A stretch of 64,000 bases of DNA from an uncultured bacterium. Lineage in GTDB: Bacteria; Zhuqueibacterota; QNDG01; DTFT01. Within the stretch, counting starts at the first letter, position 1, and each line of letters begins with the position of its first letter. Shown here piece by piece: positions 19,681-31,081 of the stretch. A model generated the notes under the pieces. It was not told where the DNA came from. It worked only from the letters and a program-made list of their open reading frames with translations, and did not search any database. The stretch is taken from positions 12,757 to 76,756 of the forward strand of contig CAVTNR010000021.1 in assembly GCA_963736115.1 (NCBI GenBank), written 5' to 3'. The translations under genes were made by a program, and so were the position numbers.

Positions 19681-22023
19681 TCAGAAACTCCGGCCGAACA
19701 CAAAATGGGGCTTCCACTTGCCCGTCTTTTCGCCCGTCGCGTTCATGTTGTCGAATCCGTAGGCGTAGTCAAAACCGATCATGCCGACCATGGGCATGTA
19801 AATGCGCGCGCCGACGCCCACGCTCCGCCGCAGGTTGAAAGGATCCGTGTGGCCGAGATCCTTCCATGTGTTGCCGGCCTCGGCGAAGAGCAGGCCGTAC
19901 ATCGTGGGATTTGGGATGATGGGAAACCGGAGCTCGGCGGTTGTCTTGAACATGGCCTTGCCGCCTTCGGTATCCGTGTAATATCCGTAGCTGTAATAGG
20001 AACTGCTGGACAACGGGTCCTCGTATCCGCGCAGGGGCGTGGACCGGGAGAGCCCGCTGCCGCCCATGTAGAAATAATCGGTGTACGGAATGCGGCTGTC
20101 CGTGTTCAGCCGGTACAGGTGTCCGCCCATGGCCCGGCCCAGCAGAATCAGCTTGGGCACGAAGGTGGGCATGAAGAATTCCGCGCTGAAAACCTGCTTG
20201 ATGTACCCGACGTTCCCGCCGAAGGGACCGCCCGCGATCTCGGAGGTGAGGCTGACCTGGGACCCCCGCGTGGGGAACTCCGGCTGATCCAGGCTGTTCC
20301 GTGAAATCACCTGGGTGATGCCGCTGGAGATGAGGGGGTAGTCCTCCGTGACGATTCCGTTGGGATTCGATTCGACGATGTAATCCTCGAAATCCCCCAG
20401 CGAAATCTCGTCGATGCGGTAGATCCAGTCTCCCCGGAAATAGTTGTCCGGCCAGGAGAGCCGCCTGCCGAAACGGAGCGAGAGCCCCCGGCTGCTCTGG
20501 CTGTAGGGGATGTAATAAGCTTCGCTCCGGGTGTCGAACAGATCGAATCCGACCAGGGTCGGCGTGTTCCGGAACCAGGGCTCGGTGAAGCCGATGTTGA
20601 AGGAGCGGTACGACTTTCCGAAATTCCAGTCCAGGGAGAGGCGCTGGCCGTTTCCGAACAGGTTGTTCATCCCGAGCCCGACGGAGCCGATGAGTTTGTA
20701 CAGCTCGCTGTACCCGGCCGAAAGATTCGCGGTGTCCGTGGACTTCTCCTCCACCTTGAAGGAGAGATCCATCTGGTTCTCCCCGACCGGCGTTCCGTCC
20801 GGGATGACATTCGCGAAATAGTTGAGCATCATGAGTTCCCGCGCGCTGCGGACCAGGAGCTCCTTGCTGAACACGTCTCCCGGCTGAATCCGGATCTCGC
20901 GTCGAACCACCTTCTCCTTGGTCCGCGTGTTTCCGGAAATGAGGATCTTGCGGATGGAGAACGGGTCGCCTTCCAGGATGGCGAAATGGACATCCAGCGT
21001 GTCCCCTCCCCGCAGGGTCTCGATGGGATTGATCTGGGCCGAGATGTATCCGAGGTCCGAGTAACCGCCGCCGATCTTCTCGCCGACCGTCTTTTCGAAT
21101 TTCTCCTGGCTGAACAGGTCTCCTTCGGAAAAATCGACCATGCCGCGGAGCTGGGCTTCCGTGAACAGGGCATTGCCCTCGAAGGTGACGCGGCCGAAAT
21201 AATACCGAATTCCCTCGATCATCGTGATGTCTATGAACAGATCCTTCTTCTCCGCATCGTAGTAGAGGGTGTCACCGACCAGTTCGGCGTCGCGGTACCC
21301 GTGGTTCCGGTAGAATTCGATCACCTTGTCCTTGTCGGTCTCGAATTTTTCCCGGTCGAAATCCCCGCCTTTCAGCCATCCGTCCTGCTTCGTGTCCTTC
21401 ATCTGCTTGCGGAGCTTCTTGTCCGTGAAGGCCGTGTTGCCGGCAAACAGGATGCGCTTGATCTGCACCTTGCGGCCTTCGTCGATATGGAGCTTGAGAA
21501 CGACCCGGCCTTCCTTCTCCGAAGGCTCTTCCGTCACCTCGATCTGCGCCAGGGTGTATCCCTTCTCGGAATACAGCTTCATCAATTGCTTACGGGCCCT
21601 GGCTGTCTGGTTGGGATTCACGACCTGTCCGCGGAAAAGGGAAAGCTCCTTCTCTATGTCGTCTTTTTTCAGCTTCCGGTTGCCGGAAATCTCCAGCCGT
21701 TCCAGCCGGGGATATTCTTCCACCGCTAGGGTCAGGAACACCCCGTCCGGCGTCCGGATATCCTGGATGATCCGGACATCCGAAAAAATGCCCAAAGCCC
21801 AGAGCTGTTTGACGCCGCGCTGTATGTCCTCGGTCGTGACCGTTGACCCTTCGGTCAGGCCCGAACTGAGTTTGACCACTCCGGCTTCGGATGTCCTGTT
21901 GCCTGTGACATTCAGGCCGAGAAGTTTGCCGATTGCGGTTTCCTGGCTGGAAAGCGGAGACGGACGGCAAATCAGAATCGCGGCCAGGATGAACGCCGCC
22001 GGCTTTAATCGAAGTAAAAACAA
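19681..22023 (-). CDS. bamA: Outer membrane protein assembly factor BamA
   Basis: POTRA repeats (GN..T, GNTRTKEKVVRRE), NNLFGNGQ, LRGY loop-6 motif and C-terminal FVFGRSF. TTG 22023 with GGAGG RBS chosen over the track start of 22074. Confidence 0.95.
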   Translation of the reverse strand: MFLLRLKPAAFILAAILICRPSPLSSQETAIGKLLGLNVTGNRTSEAGVVKLSSGLTEGSTVTTEDIQRGVKQLWALGIFSDVRIIQDIRTPDGVFLTLAVEEYPRLERLEISGNRKLKKDDIEKELSLFRGQVVNPNQTARARKQLMKLYSEKGYTLAQIEVTEEPSEKEGRVVLKLHIDEGRKVQIKRILFAGNTAFTDKKLRKQMKDTKQDGWLKGGDFDREKFETDKDKVIEFYRNHGYRDAELVGDTLYYDAEKKDLFIDITMIEGIRYYFGRVTFEGNALFTEAQLRGMVDFSEGDLFSQEKFEKTVGEKIGGGYSDLGYISAQINPIETLRGGDTLDVHFAILEGDPFSIRKILISGNTRTKEKVVRREIRIQPGDVFSKELLVRSARELMMLNYFANVIPDGTPVGENQMDLSFKVEEKSTDTANLSAGYSELYKLIGSVGLGMNNLFGNGQRLSLDWNFGKSYRSFNIGFTEPWFRNTPTLVGFDLFDTRSEAYYIPYSQSSRGLSLRFGRRLSWPDNYFRGDWIYRIDEISLGDFEDYIVESNPNGIVTEDYPLISSGITQVISRNSLDQPEFPTRGSQVSLTSEIAGGPFGGNVGYIKQVFSAEFFMPTFVPKLILLGRAMGGHLYRLNTDSRIPYTDYFYMGGSGLSRSTPLRGYEDPLSSSSYYSYGYYTDTEGGKAMFKTTAELRFPIIPNPTMYGLLFAEAGNTWKDLGHTDPFNLRRSVGVGARIYMPMVGMIGFDYAYGFDNMNATGEKTGKWKPHFVFGRSF

Positions 22024-22086
22024 TGTTCCTCCAGATGCAATCTTATAGTATACAAAATTTTTCAATAATTGCAAAGAAAAAAGCGC

Positions 22087-25000
22087 CTAGAACGGAAAAA
22101 CGTGCCTCAGCCATATCCTTTTATCTTCACGTCTCTCATAGAGGAGCAGATTATCGTAAGTGTACTCCAACTCCAGCATTAACTCGGGTTTAACTATATA
22201 TTCAAGCGCCAGCGCATGCCGCAGGCCGATTCCATGCTGGGGTAGCACGAAACGCAGGTCATTCTGCACCTCCCCGGTGTATACAATCATGAACCCGGGC
22301 GTAAAGGATTTGCCGAGCATCACTTTCGAATTGCGGAGCAGAAGCCTCGGATCGAAAACCGGCGTTTCCATGGTCTGAAGGTCCAGAAGGTTCCGGCTGA
22401 ACATGGATGAAAACTTGACCATGTCGAAACCCAGATACCGCCGCATGCCCCTTTCGATCGGCTTGATAAAAGGTCTGAACAGCCTGTTTTCAACCTGCAT
22501 GCCGATCGCATCATAGGCCCGGTTCCGGATATTCCCCTCGGAATAACCGATGGCCGCCAAAAGGTCGGCTTCGGAGCGGCCCAGATTGGGATTGTCCGTG
22601 GAAAACCGGAACTGGACCTTTTTCCAGGGTCCTCCTTTCTCCTCGATGCCGGTCTCCTCATTCACCGAAACCAGGTTCATATAAACGGTTGAAGCGATGC
22701 CGAGCGAATCGACTACTGTGGTACTGGCCCGGCCCGTGAATATCGGCGATCCGCCTCTGGGGTACTCGAAGGTCAGCCGTTCGGGCCTGAAATACCGGTC
22801 CAGCACTTCGATGGTGCCCTCGTCCGAGACCAGGTTGCCGTACACCTGAAACGTGTCGTCCTGGATGCGCCCCTCGATGGAAAAACTTCCGGTCGCATCC
22901 TGTATCCGCAAATCCACGTACACATTGCCGAACGGTCCTTCCATGTCGCGAATGTAGTGAACGTCCTTTTTCGGGACGATGCGGATGTTCCAGCGTATGC
23001 TTTTCAGGAGCCGGTTCAGGCCTGGGCTTGCGTTTCCGCCTGACGCTTCCAGAAACGGATACGTCAGCTGGTTTTCGCTCACCTGAAGCACGCCGCGAAG
23101 AAGAGGAGATTCCGGCGGACCGGCCAGGAGGAAGGGCCCGGCCTGATGGCCGCTGAAAGCGAGCCATCCCTGTTCGCCCTCGGCCATCAGGCCGGGGATA
23201 TGAAGGGGGATGCCCTTGCCCCGGGTCGACAGCCCCAGCACGCCGAGGTTCAGTCCCATGAATTTGAAGCGAAGCGGCGCTTCGCCGGGCTGAGACGGGT
23301 CCGGATTCCGGTTGCTGATCTGGAAACGGCCGCCCCGCATTTCGCCCGAGCACCGCACGATTTGGAGAAGCGAGTCTCCCTCGCCGATCACGGCTTCAAG
23401 GCTGAGCCTCCGGATGCGTTCGATGACCGAGGCAAACTCGATGTCCGCGTCTTCCAGGCGTACCCATCCTGATTTGATAACCGGGCGGTCCGGCCGGCCG
23501 GCCAGTCCCAGCCGGAATTCGCCGCGGCTGCGTACTTTTCTGAAGAAATCATCCGTCTCCGGGAGAAAACCGAGTATGGGCCCGCTGCCGGAAATCTGCA
23601 GGTCCAGGGGCCCGTCATGCGGCACCGCCCCCTCGAACTGCACGGCCAGTCCGTCCTCCCGGTCCAGGTGGCCGTCCCGTACCGACAGCCTTCCGCCGCT
23701 GAACCGTCCGTTCCGGAGAAGGGTATCCTCGAGGGTCACGCCGAATTTCTTGAATCCGACCGTTCCGATTGCGCCTTCGCCGGTTTCGAGACGGGCGGAA
23801 ATCACGGGAGTATCCCGCCTTCCTGAAACCCGGACCCGAACCGAGGCCCGGCCGTTGAGCAGGCGCTCCCGGCCCGTCATGGCCTGAAAGAGTTCCGCGA
23901 GATCCAGAGATCCGCTCTGGATTTCCCCTTTCAGGGAATCCCCTCCCGCGGGTTTTACCGATCCGAGCAGAAGCGGAATGCGCTCCCGGTTCAGAGACAC
24001 TTCGAATGCGTTCAGGCCGTTTCTCCGCCAGCTCGCGGAAATGTCGCCGTCTATCCGTCCGACCCGGTGAAAAACGCCGTCCCGCAGAGAAAGATCGAGA
24101 CTGTATTCCGGTTCTTTTACGGGCCCTCGTATGGAAAGGCGTCCGTTCATCCTGCCGAAGAAGGGGCTCAGCCGCGGGAAAGCCGCGTGCAGCCTGTCCA
24201 GCTTCAGATTCTGTATTTGGATGCGGCCATCCCAGGAGCCGCCGGAATCCCGGCCGGGTATGCGCATCGATGCGGAAATGAAATCCCCGATGATCAGACG
24301 CTGAACGAGTGTTTCCGCGGGCGACAGCAGGAATTCACCTCCGAACGGAAGCCCTTCGCCCGAGGGACCGGCATAACGGCCGCTGACGGAAACCTGCTGT
24401 CTGCCGCGCCCCTTCGGCCGGCCTTCCGCCTGACTGAAAAAACGCTGGCGGCTTGCCGGGCCGGCCTTCTCGATGCCGGTCACTGTTGCCGTCCACCGGT
24501 CCGCGCCTGCTTCGGCCCTGCCGTCCAGGCGGATGCTGTCCGGCTGGATGCCGTCCGAGAAACGGGAAGCGAGCCACTCCAGGCCGGCCGCCTGCATGTC
24601 CCATTCCGATTCAGCGCCGAAAGGACGGCGGAAACTGCCGGTGATGCGGAGCCCTTCCGCGGAGCGGACGAACAGAACGCCCGCGGTCTCGCGGTAATAG
24701 GCGTCGGAATGCACGGTCATGGGCTCGCCGGACTTGGGCCGGAACACCAGGCGGGCGGACAGATTCCCGTGAAGATTCGAGAGCGGGCCGGACAGGTGCA
24801 GGCCTGCTTCGCAGGCGAGGGCGCTGAGTTTGTCCGCCGCAACGGACGGAAGGGAGCCGCGGCCGTCCCCGTCCAGCCGGAGCTTGAAATCGGACGGTCT
24901 GTCCGGCGAGTCGAAACGGATGCCACCCTCCGCGCTCAGGTTCAGGCCCTCCGGATTCTCCGCGCTCCCGGCCATCCTCAGAACGCTGTCGGACAGCTGA

Positions 25001-26151
25001 ACGGTCAGGCGAAGTTGCCGGAAAAATGTCCCGAATTCCCGGAGCCCGGAAGCCCGCACCGTTCCGCGTATGTCCGGATTCGTGACCGCTCCGGACACGG
25101 TCACCGTAAAAGTCGCGCTTTCCGCGGATGGAACCGCGGAGGACGATCCCATTTCCGAAAAGAAACGCTTCACGTCCAGGGCCGGACACCGGACGATGAG
25201 ACTGCATTCCGGCTGGAGAATCGAGCGGATCTCCCCCTGTATCGTCAGCCGCGAACCATTGAATCGTTCCACGATTCCGGACACAGCCAGACCGTCCTCC
25301 TTGAAGCGGCCGTGCAGATTCACGCCGGAGAAACGCAGGGCCGCGCCTTTCAGGGAAAAATCGCCGTTGATATAATCGAGAAATCCCTTCAAGCCGGTTT
25401 TTTCGTCGTACTGGCACTCGCATTTGACGTGCCCGCCGCGGATTTCCGAGAAGGAGGGAAAAAGGGAGGTCAGATTGGAGGATGGATCCGATTCATCCAG
25501 ACGCAGGAGCAGGCGCCGGACTCGGCCCGACAGAATATCCAACCGGCCGCTGAGGTCCAGATTGCGGCTTTTCGAATCGAACAGGTTCCCGGACAGCCGG
25601 ACGGCCGCCGAATCCGCGGGGGTCGTAATCAGGACGCCGTCCATGGAAGTGGCGACCGGCGTCCACCCGCCCGACTCGTTCTGAATCTGAATTTCGGCTC
25701 CGGCGATGGTGACGCGCTGTATGGATCCGATCGATTCAACGGTTTCACGGTAATCGGACCACGACTTGCCTTTAGTCCCGGACTCGGCCGCTTCTTCGGG
25801 CCGCTTCAGCTTGAGGACGGGCCGCACGAACACGACATCGTGCGCCACCTTGCCGGGATTCAGCCGGTAGCGGAGGAGGTTCCGCAGGTTGTAACCCACC
25901 TGCAGTTCCTCCATCTCCAGGATGAACGAGCGGTCCCTGGGCACGAGCGTGACGCCTTCGAGATAAACCCGTCCCCATCCGATTTTGACGTTCCGGACAT
26001 CCGACCCTTCGGACAAAAAAGGCCGCACTTTTTCAAGTAGCAGCCCCTTGATTTTTTCATCGGTCCTGTTGAGCTTCCACACCCCGTAACCGCCGAGGTA
26101 GCCGACGAGCAGCAGAAGCATCAGGACGAGGACCCATTTTCGCTTGCGCAT
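22087..26151 (-). CDS. Large AsmA/TamB-like (beta-taco) envelope protein, 1354 aa
   Basis: N-terminal signal anchor (MRKRKWVLVLMLLLLVGYLGG), Gly-rich alternating beta-strand pattern throughout, amphipathic C-terminal strands ending in F; immediately upstream of bamA. Family assignment is inferred. Confidence 0.6.
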   Translation of the reverse strand: MRKRKWVLVLMLLLLVGYLGGYGVWKLNRTDEKIKGLLLEKVRPFLSEGSDVRNVKIGWGRVYLEGVTLVPRDRSFILEMEELQVGYNLRNLLRYRLNPGKVAHDVVFVRPVLKLKRPEEAAESGTKGKSWSDYRETVESIGSIQRVTIAGAEIQIQNESGGWTPVATSMDGVLITTPADSAAVRLSGNLFDSKSRNLDLSGRLDILSGRVRRLLLRLDESDPSSNLTSLFPSFSEIRGGHVKCECQYDEKTGLKGFLDYINGDFSLKGAALRFSGVNLHGRFKEDGLAVSGIVERFNGSRLTIQGEIRSILQPECSLIVRCPALDVKRFFSEMGSSSAVPSAESATFTVTVSGAVTNPDIRGTVRASGLREFGTFFRQLRLTVQLSDSVLRMAGSAENPEGLNLSAEGGIRFDSPDRPSDFKLRLDGDGRGSLPSVAADKLSALACEAGLHLSGPLSNLHGNLSARLVFRPKSGEPMTVHSDAYYRETAGVLFVRSAEGLRITGSFRRPFGAESEWDMQAAGLEWLASRFSDGIQPDSIRLDGRAEAGADRWTATVTGIEKAGPASRQRFFSQAEGRPKGRGRQQVSVSGRYAGPSGEGLPFGGEFLLSPAETLVQRLIIGDFISASMRIPGRDSGGSWDGRIQIQNLKLDRLHAAFPRLSPFFGRMNGRLSIRGPVKEPEYSLDLSLRDGVFHRVGRIDGDISASWRRNGLNAFEVSLNRERIPLLLGSVKPAGGDSLKGEIQSGSLDLAELFQAMTGRERLLNGRASVRVRVSGRRDTPVISARLETGEGAIGTVGFKKFGVTLEDTLLRNGRFSGGRLSVRDGHLDREDGLAVQFEGAVPHDGPLDLQISGSGPILGFLPETDDFFRKVRSRGEFRLGLAGRPDRPVIKSGWVRLEDADIEFASVIERIRRLSLEAVIGEGDSLLQIVRCSGEMRGGRFQISNRNPDPSQPGEAPLRFKFMGLNLGVLGLSTRGKGIPLHIPGLMAEGEQGWLAFSGHQAGPFLLAGPPESPLLRGVLQVSENQLTYPFLEASGGNASPGLNRLLKSIRWNIRIVPKKDVHYIRDMEGPFGNVYVDLRIQDATGSFSIEGRIQDDTFQVYGNLVSDEGTIEVLDRYFRPERLTFEYPRGGSPIFTGRASTTVVDSLGIASTVYMNLVSVNEETGIEEKGGPWKKVQFRFSTDNPNLGRSEADLLAAIGYSEGNIRNRAYDAIGMQVENRLFRPFIKPIERGMRRYLGFDMVKFSSMFSRNLLDLQTMETPVFDPRLLLRNSKVMLGKSFTPGFMIVYTGEVQNDLRFVLPQHGIGLRHALALEYIVKPELMLELEYTYDNLLLYERREDKRIWLRHVFPF

Positions 26152-26257
26152 GAAAGGATCTGGCCCCGGGGATTATATAATGATTAGACGTTGCGGAGAC
26201 CGGCAGGTTCCCGGAAAACAGGCTGTCCGCCAGCCGGATGAAGGCCCCGCCGCCGGA

Positions 26258-27025
26258 TCAGGAGCGGCCGGGCGGGCTGCTCAGTTGTTCGCTGACCTTG
26301 CCGAAGCGTCTCTCCCTGCGGCGGTAGCTCTCAACGGCTTCGAGCAGGTGGGATCCCCTGAAGTCCGGCCAGAGCACGTCGGTCACGTAAATTTCGGTGT
26401 ACGCCAGCTGCCAGAGAAGAAAATTGGAAATGCGGAGTTCCCCGCTGGTCCGGATCAGGAGGTCGGGGTCCGGCATCCCGGCCGTGTACAGGTGATCCTG
26501 AACCGTCCCGCCGCTGATGGTTTCCGGATCGAGGCGGCCTTCCCTGACCTGACCGGCGATGCTCCGGACGGCGCGGACCAGTTCCTCGCGGCCGCCGTAA
26601 TTCAGGGCGAGATTCAGATTGAGCCCGGTGTTGGAACGCGTGGCTTCGATGGCCTTTTCCATGCCCTGGGCCGCGCCTTCCGGAAGGCGGCCGAATTCTC
26701 CGATCACGGTGAGCCGCACATTGTTCTTCACCAGGTCCGTGATTTCCTTCTGAATCGTCCTGAGCAGAAGCTTCATGAGCGCGGAAACTTCATCCGCCGG
26801 CCTCCGCCAGTTCTCGGTCGAGAATGTGTACAGTGTCAGGACCTCGATGCCGAGTTCGCCGCAGGCTTCCACAACAGCCCGCACGGAACGGATGCCTTCG
26901 CGATGCCCCATGACCCTGGGCAGGCCCCGCTTTTTCGCCCAGCGGCCGTTGCCGTCCATGATGATCGCGACATGGCGGGGATTCCCTTCCTTCGGTCCGG
27001 TCTGGCCGGAACGGGGACGGTTCAT
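26258..27025 (-). CDS. uppS: Undecaprenyl diphosphate synthase
   Basis: PRHVAIIMDGNGRWA, FSTENWRRP, NYGGR and DLLIRTSGELRISNFLLWQ. Confidence 0.97.
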   Translation of the reverse strand: MNRPRSGQTGPKEGNPRHVAIIMDGNGRWAKKRGLPRVMGHREGIRSVRAVVEACGELGIEVLTLYTFSTENWRRPADEVSALMKLLLRTIQKEITDLVKNNVRLTVIGEFGRLPEGAAQGMEKAIEATRSNTGLNLNLALNYGGREELVRAVRSIAGQVREGRLDPETISGGTVQDHLYTAGMPDPDLLIRTSGELRISNFLLWQLAYTEIYVTDVLWPDFRGSHLLEAVESYRRRERRFGKVSEQLSSPPGRS

Positions 27026-27060
27026 AAAGCGCTCCTGAAAAATCGATCTAAGGACTAGTC

Positions 27061-27132
27061 AAATTATCATTTTACGGCATGAATGTCAAGCGGTTCTTTT
27101 GGGTTGACAAACCCTTCAAAATGTTTTACTTT
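27061..27132. promoter_or_regulatory. Back-to-back divergent sigma70-type promoters for the uppS operon and the moxR operon
   Basis: Minus strand TTGACA (27089-27084), 17 nt, TAATTT (27066-27061). Plus strand TTGACA (27104-27109), 17 nt, TACTTT (27127-27132). Confidence 0.75.
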
Positions 27133-27177
27133 TCTGCATCACTCAAATTCCCCGGTCCCCCCAATCCGGAGCAAGGC

Positions 27178-28178
<1,001 letters not shown>

Positions 28179-28182
<4 letters not shown>

Positions 28183-29084
28183 AAAGCCCGGAGGACAGCC
28201 GCCGCTTCCTGCGGCCCGAAATCGTTTCGCGGATTTCGCGGATGGACCTGGTCGCAAGACTCGTGGTCGAGGGATTCATCACCGGCCTGCACCGGAGCCC
28301 GTACCACGGATTCTCCGTCGAATTTTCGGAACTCCGGCCCTATCTGCCCGGAGAGACCACCCGGCACATCGACTGGAAACTCTGGGGACGCACCGACCGG
28401 TACTACGTGAAGCGTTACGAAGAGGAAACCAATCTCAAGGCCTACCTGCTCCTCGACGCCTCCGCTTCCATGGGATTCTCATCCGGATCCGTCACCAAGC
28501 TTTATTACGCCCAGGTCCTGGCCGCCAGCCTGGCCTTTCTCATGCTGCGGCAGAGGGACGCCGTTGGGCTTGTCACGTTCGACGAGAAGATCAGGGCCTT
28601 TCTCCCGCCGCGGTCCGTTCCCTCCTACCTGCACGTACTCCTCGCGGAAATGGAGAAAACAGCACCGTCCGGCGAAACCGCGATCTCGGTTCTGTTCCAC
28701 CGCCTGGCCGAGCGGCTGAAACGGCGCGGCCTGGTCGTCATTTTTTCCGACCTGCTGGACGATCCGGACGCGGTGCTCGCGGCCCTGAAGCATTTCCGCC
28801 ACCAGAAGCACGAAGTGATCGTATTCCACATTCTCGATCCGCTCGAAAAATCACTGGACTTCCGTTCAGATACACTTTTCGTGGACGCGGAAACCGGCGA
28901 ACGGCTCCACGCGGATCCGAGAAGCCTGGGCGACGCGTACCGCGATTCGATGCGCCTGTTCTCGGAGCGGATCCGCCGGGAATGCCGCGCCGCGGACATC
29001 GATTACGCGGCGATCGAAACGTCCCAGCCCTTCGACGCCGCGCTGTTCCGGTACCTGACCCGCCGCAAGCGGATGGGAGGCTGA
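28179..29084 (+). CDS. DUF58 (VWA-like) protein
   Basis: GLHRS...GFSVEFSE.R.Y.PG, IDWK, EEETN, LDASASM and IFSD; ATGA overlap with moxR. Confidence 0.92.
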
Positions 29085-29085
29085 C

Positions 29086-30678
29086 ATGGGTCTGTTCCTC
29101 GCGTGGATGGCGCTTCTCGCCGCGGGTCTGACCGCGTACAGCCTTCTGCTCTGGAAGCGGAACCGGATTGGATCGCGGTTCCAGGGCAAACTGACCGTTC
29201 TCTTCCTTCTCTTCGTCCTCGTTCCGGCCGTGCCCCTGACCCTGTTCACGGCGAACCTGCTCACGCGGAGCGCGGACATGCTCCTGCTGCCGGGCATCGG
29301 AGAGGCTCTCGATTCGTCCCTTTCCACCATCCGGCTTCAGCTGGAGGACAAAGGCCGGCGCTTCCTCGAAACCAACTCCGATCCGGGGCAATGGACGCTC
29401 ACGCTCCTGGCCAGGGAAGGTCTCTATTCCGCGGCTGTGTACCACGAGGCCGGCGGCGGATGGCGGCCGGGAATCCGGATCGCCTCGCCGGACTGCCCGG
29501 CGGCGAAACCGTGGCCTTCCCCCGGCGGCGGACTGCCCCCGGCCGACTCTTCAGGCGCCGCGGTTCTTCTGCACGAGCTGGACGGAAAGCCGGTTCTGAC
29601 TCTCGGCCGCATGCCCGATTCCGCCACCTGGGTGACGGTGTGCTATCCCGTGCCCGGCCGCATCATCGAATCCAAGGAGCGGATCAACCGCGCCCTGAAT
29701 GTATACAACGCGCTGAGCCTGCTCAAGGAATCCATTCTCCGCAGAAATCTCATCTGGGCCTCGGCCGTGCTCCTGGTCCTCGCCCTGTCCCTGGTCGCGG
29801 TGAGGGCGGCGCGCAGTCTGTCCGGCCGCATCAATCAACCCGTCGCCGCCCTGGTGCAGGGCATGCGGGCCGTAGCCAAGGGCGATTTCGAAACAGCCGT
29901 AGACACAAAAGCCACGGACGAGTTCCGCTTCCTCGTCGATTCGTTCAACCGCATGGTCGCGGACTTGAAGTCGTCGCGGGAACGCCTGGTGCACGCGGAG
30001 AAAGTGGCGGCCTGGCGGGAGGTCGCCAGGCGCATCTCCCATGAGATACGGAACAGCCTCACGCCCATGTCCGTCACGCTGGGCCGCATCCGGCGGCGAC
30101 TCGGGGAGGCTCCGGAAGGGGCGGAGATGATCCGCACCATGGAGGAGGAAATGGAATCCCTGCGGCGCATGGCCTCCGAGTTCTCGGAGTTTTCAAGCCT
30201 GCCGCGGCCGGAACAAACGCCCGTGCGTCCGGAAGAGGCCGCGGCGTCCGCGGTCCGCCTGGCGGAATCGGCTTTCCCGCGCATCCGGTTCCTGCTCGAG
30301 ACGGAGCCGGAACTCCCGGCTTTGACCGCGGACTTCGAGCAGATCAAGCGCGCGCTTCACAATGTGCTGAAAAACGCGGCCGAAGCGTCCGTGGACGGGG
30401 GGCGGGTGATTATCCGCACGGCCATGGACCGATCCGGGGACGGATCCGTGTTTTTCGAAATCGAGGACAGGGGAAAAGGCCTGGACCCGGATAGCCTGAA
30501 GCGTCTTTTCACCCCCTATTACACGACCAAGAAAGACGGCACGGGCCTGGGACTGGCCATTGTCGAAAAAATCGTGGTGGACCACGGGGGCACGGTCTCC
30601 GTCCACTCTGAATCCGGCCGCGGCACCACGATTATTCTGCGCCTGCCCCCGGCCCCGCCGGCCGGGACCGAGGCTTGA
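29086..30678 (+). CDS. Membrane sensor histidine kinase, NtrY-like (HAMP-HisKA-HATPase)
   Basis: TM segments, HAMP, AAWREVARRISHEIRN (H box), NVLKNA, DRGKG and FTPYYTTKKDGTGLGL. Confidence 0.92.
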   Translation: MGLFLAWMALLAAGLTAYSLLLWKRNRIGSRFQGKLTVLFLLFVLVPAVPLTLFTANLLTRSADMLLLPGIGEALDSSLSTIRLQLEDKGRRFLETNSDPGQWTLTLLAREGLYSAAVYHEAGGGWRPGIRIASPDCPAAKPWPSPGGGLPPADSSGAAVLLHELDGKPVLTLGRMPDSATWVTVCYPVPGRIIESKERINRALNVYNALSLLKESILRRNLIWASAVLLVLALSLVAVRAARSLSGRINQPVAALVQGMRAVAKGDFETAVDTKATDEFRFLVDSFNRMVADLKSSRERLVHAEKVAAWREVARRISHEIRNSLTPMSVTLGRIRRRLGEAPEGAEMIRTMEEEMESLRRMASEFSEFSSLPRPEQTPVRPEEAAASAVRLAESAFPRIRFLLETEPELPALTADFEQIKRALHNVLKNAAEASVDGGRVIIRTAMDRSGDGSVFFEIEDRGKGLDPDSLKRLFTPYYTTKKDGTGLGLAIVEKIVVDHGGTVSVHSESGRGTTIILRLPPAPPAGTEA

Positions 30679-30703
30679 CAAACCCTTAAAATTTGTCCAT
30701 ATT
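30675..30703 (+). promoter_or_regulatory. Sigma70-type promoter for the que operon, probably giving a leaderless transcript
   Basis: TTGACA (30675-30680), 17 nt, CATATT (30698-30703). The queD ATG is 8 nt downstream and has no SD sequence. Confidence 0.7.
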
Positions 30704-30711
30704 ACGGTGTC

Positions 30712-31080
30712 ATGTACCGCATATTCGTCGAATCCCATTTCACCGCGGCCCACAGGCTCAGGGGCTATGAGGGCCAATGCGGCCGCCTGCACGGCCATAC
30801 CTGGAAGGTTCGGGTTGAAGTCGAATCCGGGCAGGTGGATGCCATCGGCATCAGCCTGGATTTCAAGGAGCTGAAAAGCCTGGTCGACACGCCGCTTGAA
30901 AAACTGGATCATTACCACATCAATGAAATCCCTCCGTTCGACGTGGAAAACCCGACCGCCGAGAACCTGTCCCGGTTTATTTACCGCGAAGTGAAAAGCC
31001 GCCTGCCTGAGGGCGTGACCGTCGCTTCAGTCACGGTGTGGGAGTCCGAGAAATACGGCGTCTCGTATTCCGAACCCTGA
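30712..31080 (+). CDS. queD: 6-carboxy-5,6,7,8-tetrahydropterin synthase
   Basis: FTAAHRL, C.RLHGHTW (CxxxHGH), LDH, NPTAEN and VWES. Confidence 0.95.
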   Translation: MYRIFVESHFTAAHRLRGYEGQCGRLHGHTWKVRVEVESGQVDAIGISLDFKELKSLVDTPLEKLDHYHINEIPPFDVENPTAENLSRFIYREVKSRLPEGVTVASVTVWESEKYGVSYSEP

Positions 31081-31081
31081 C

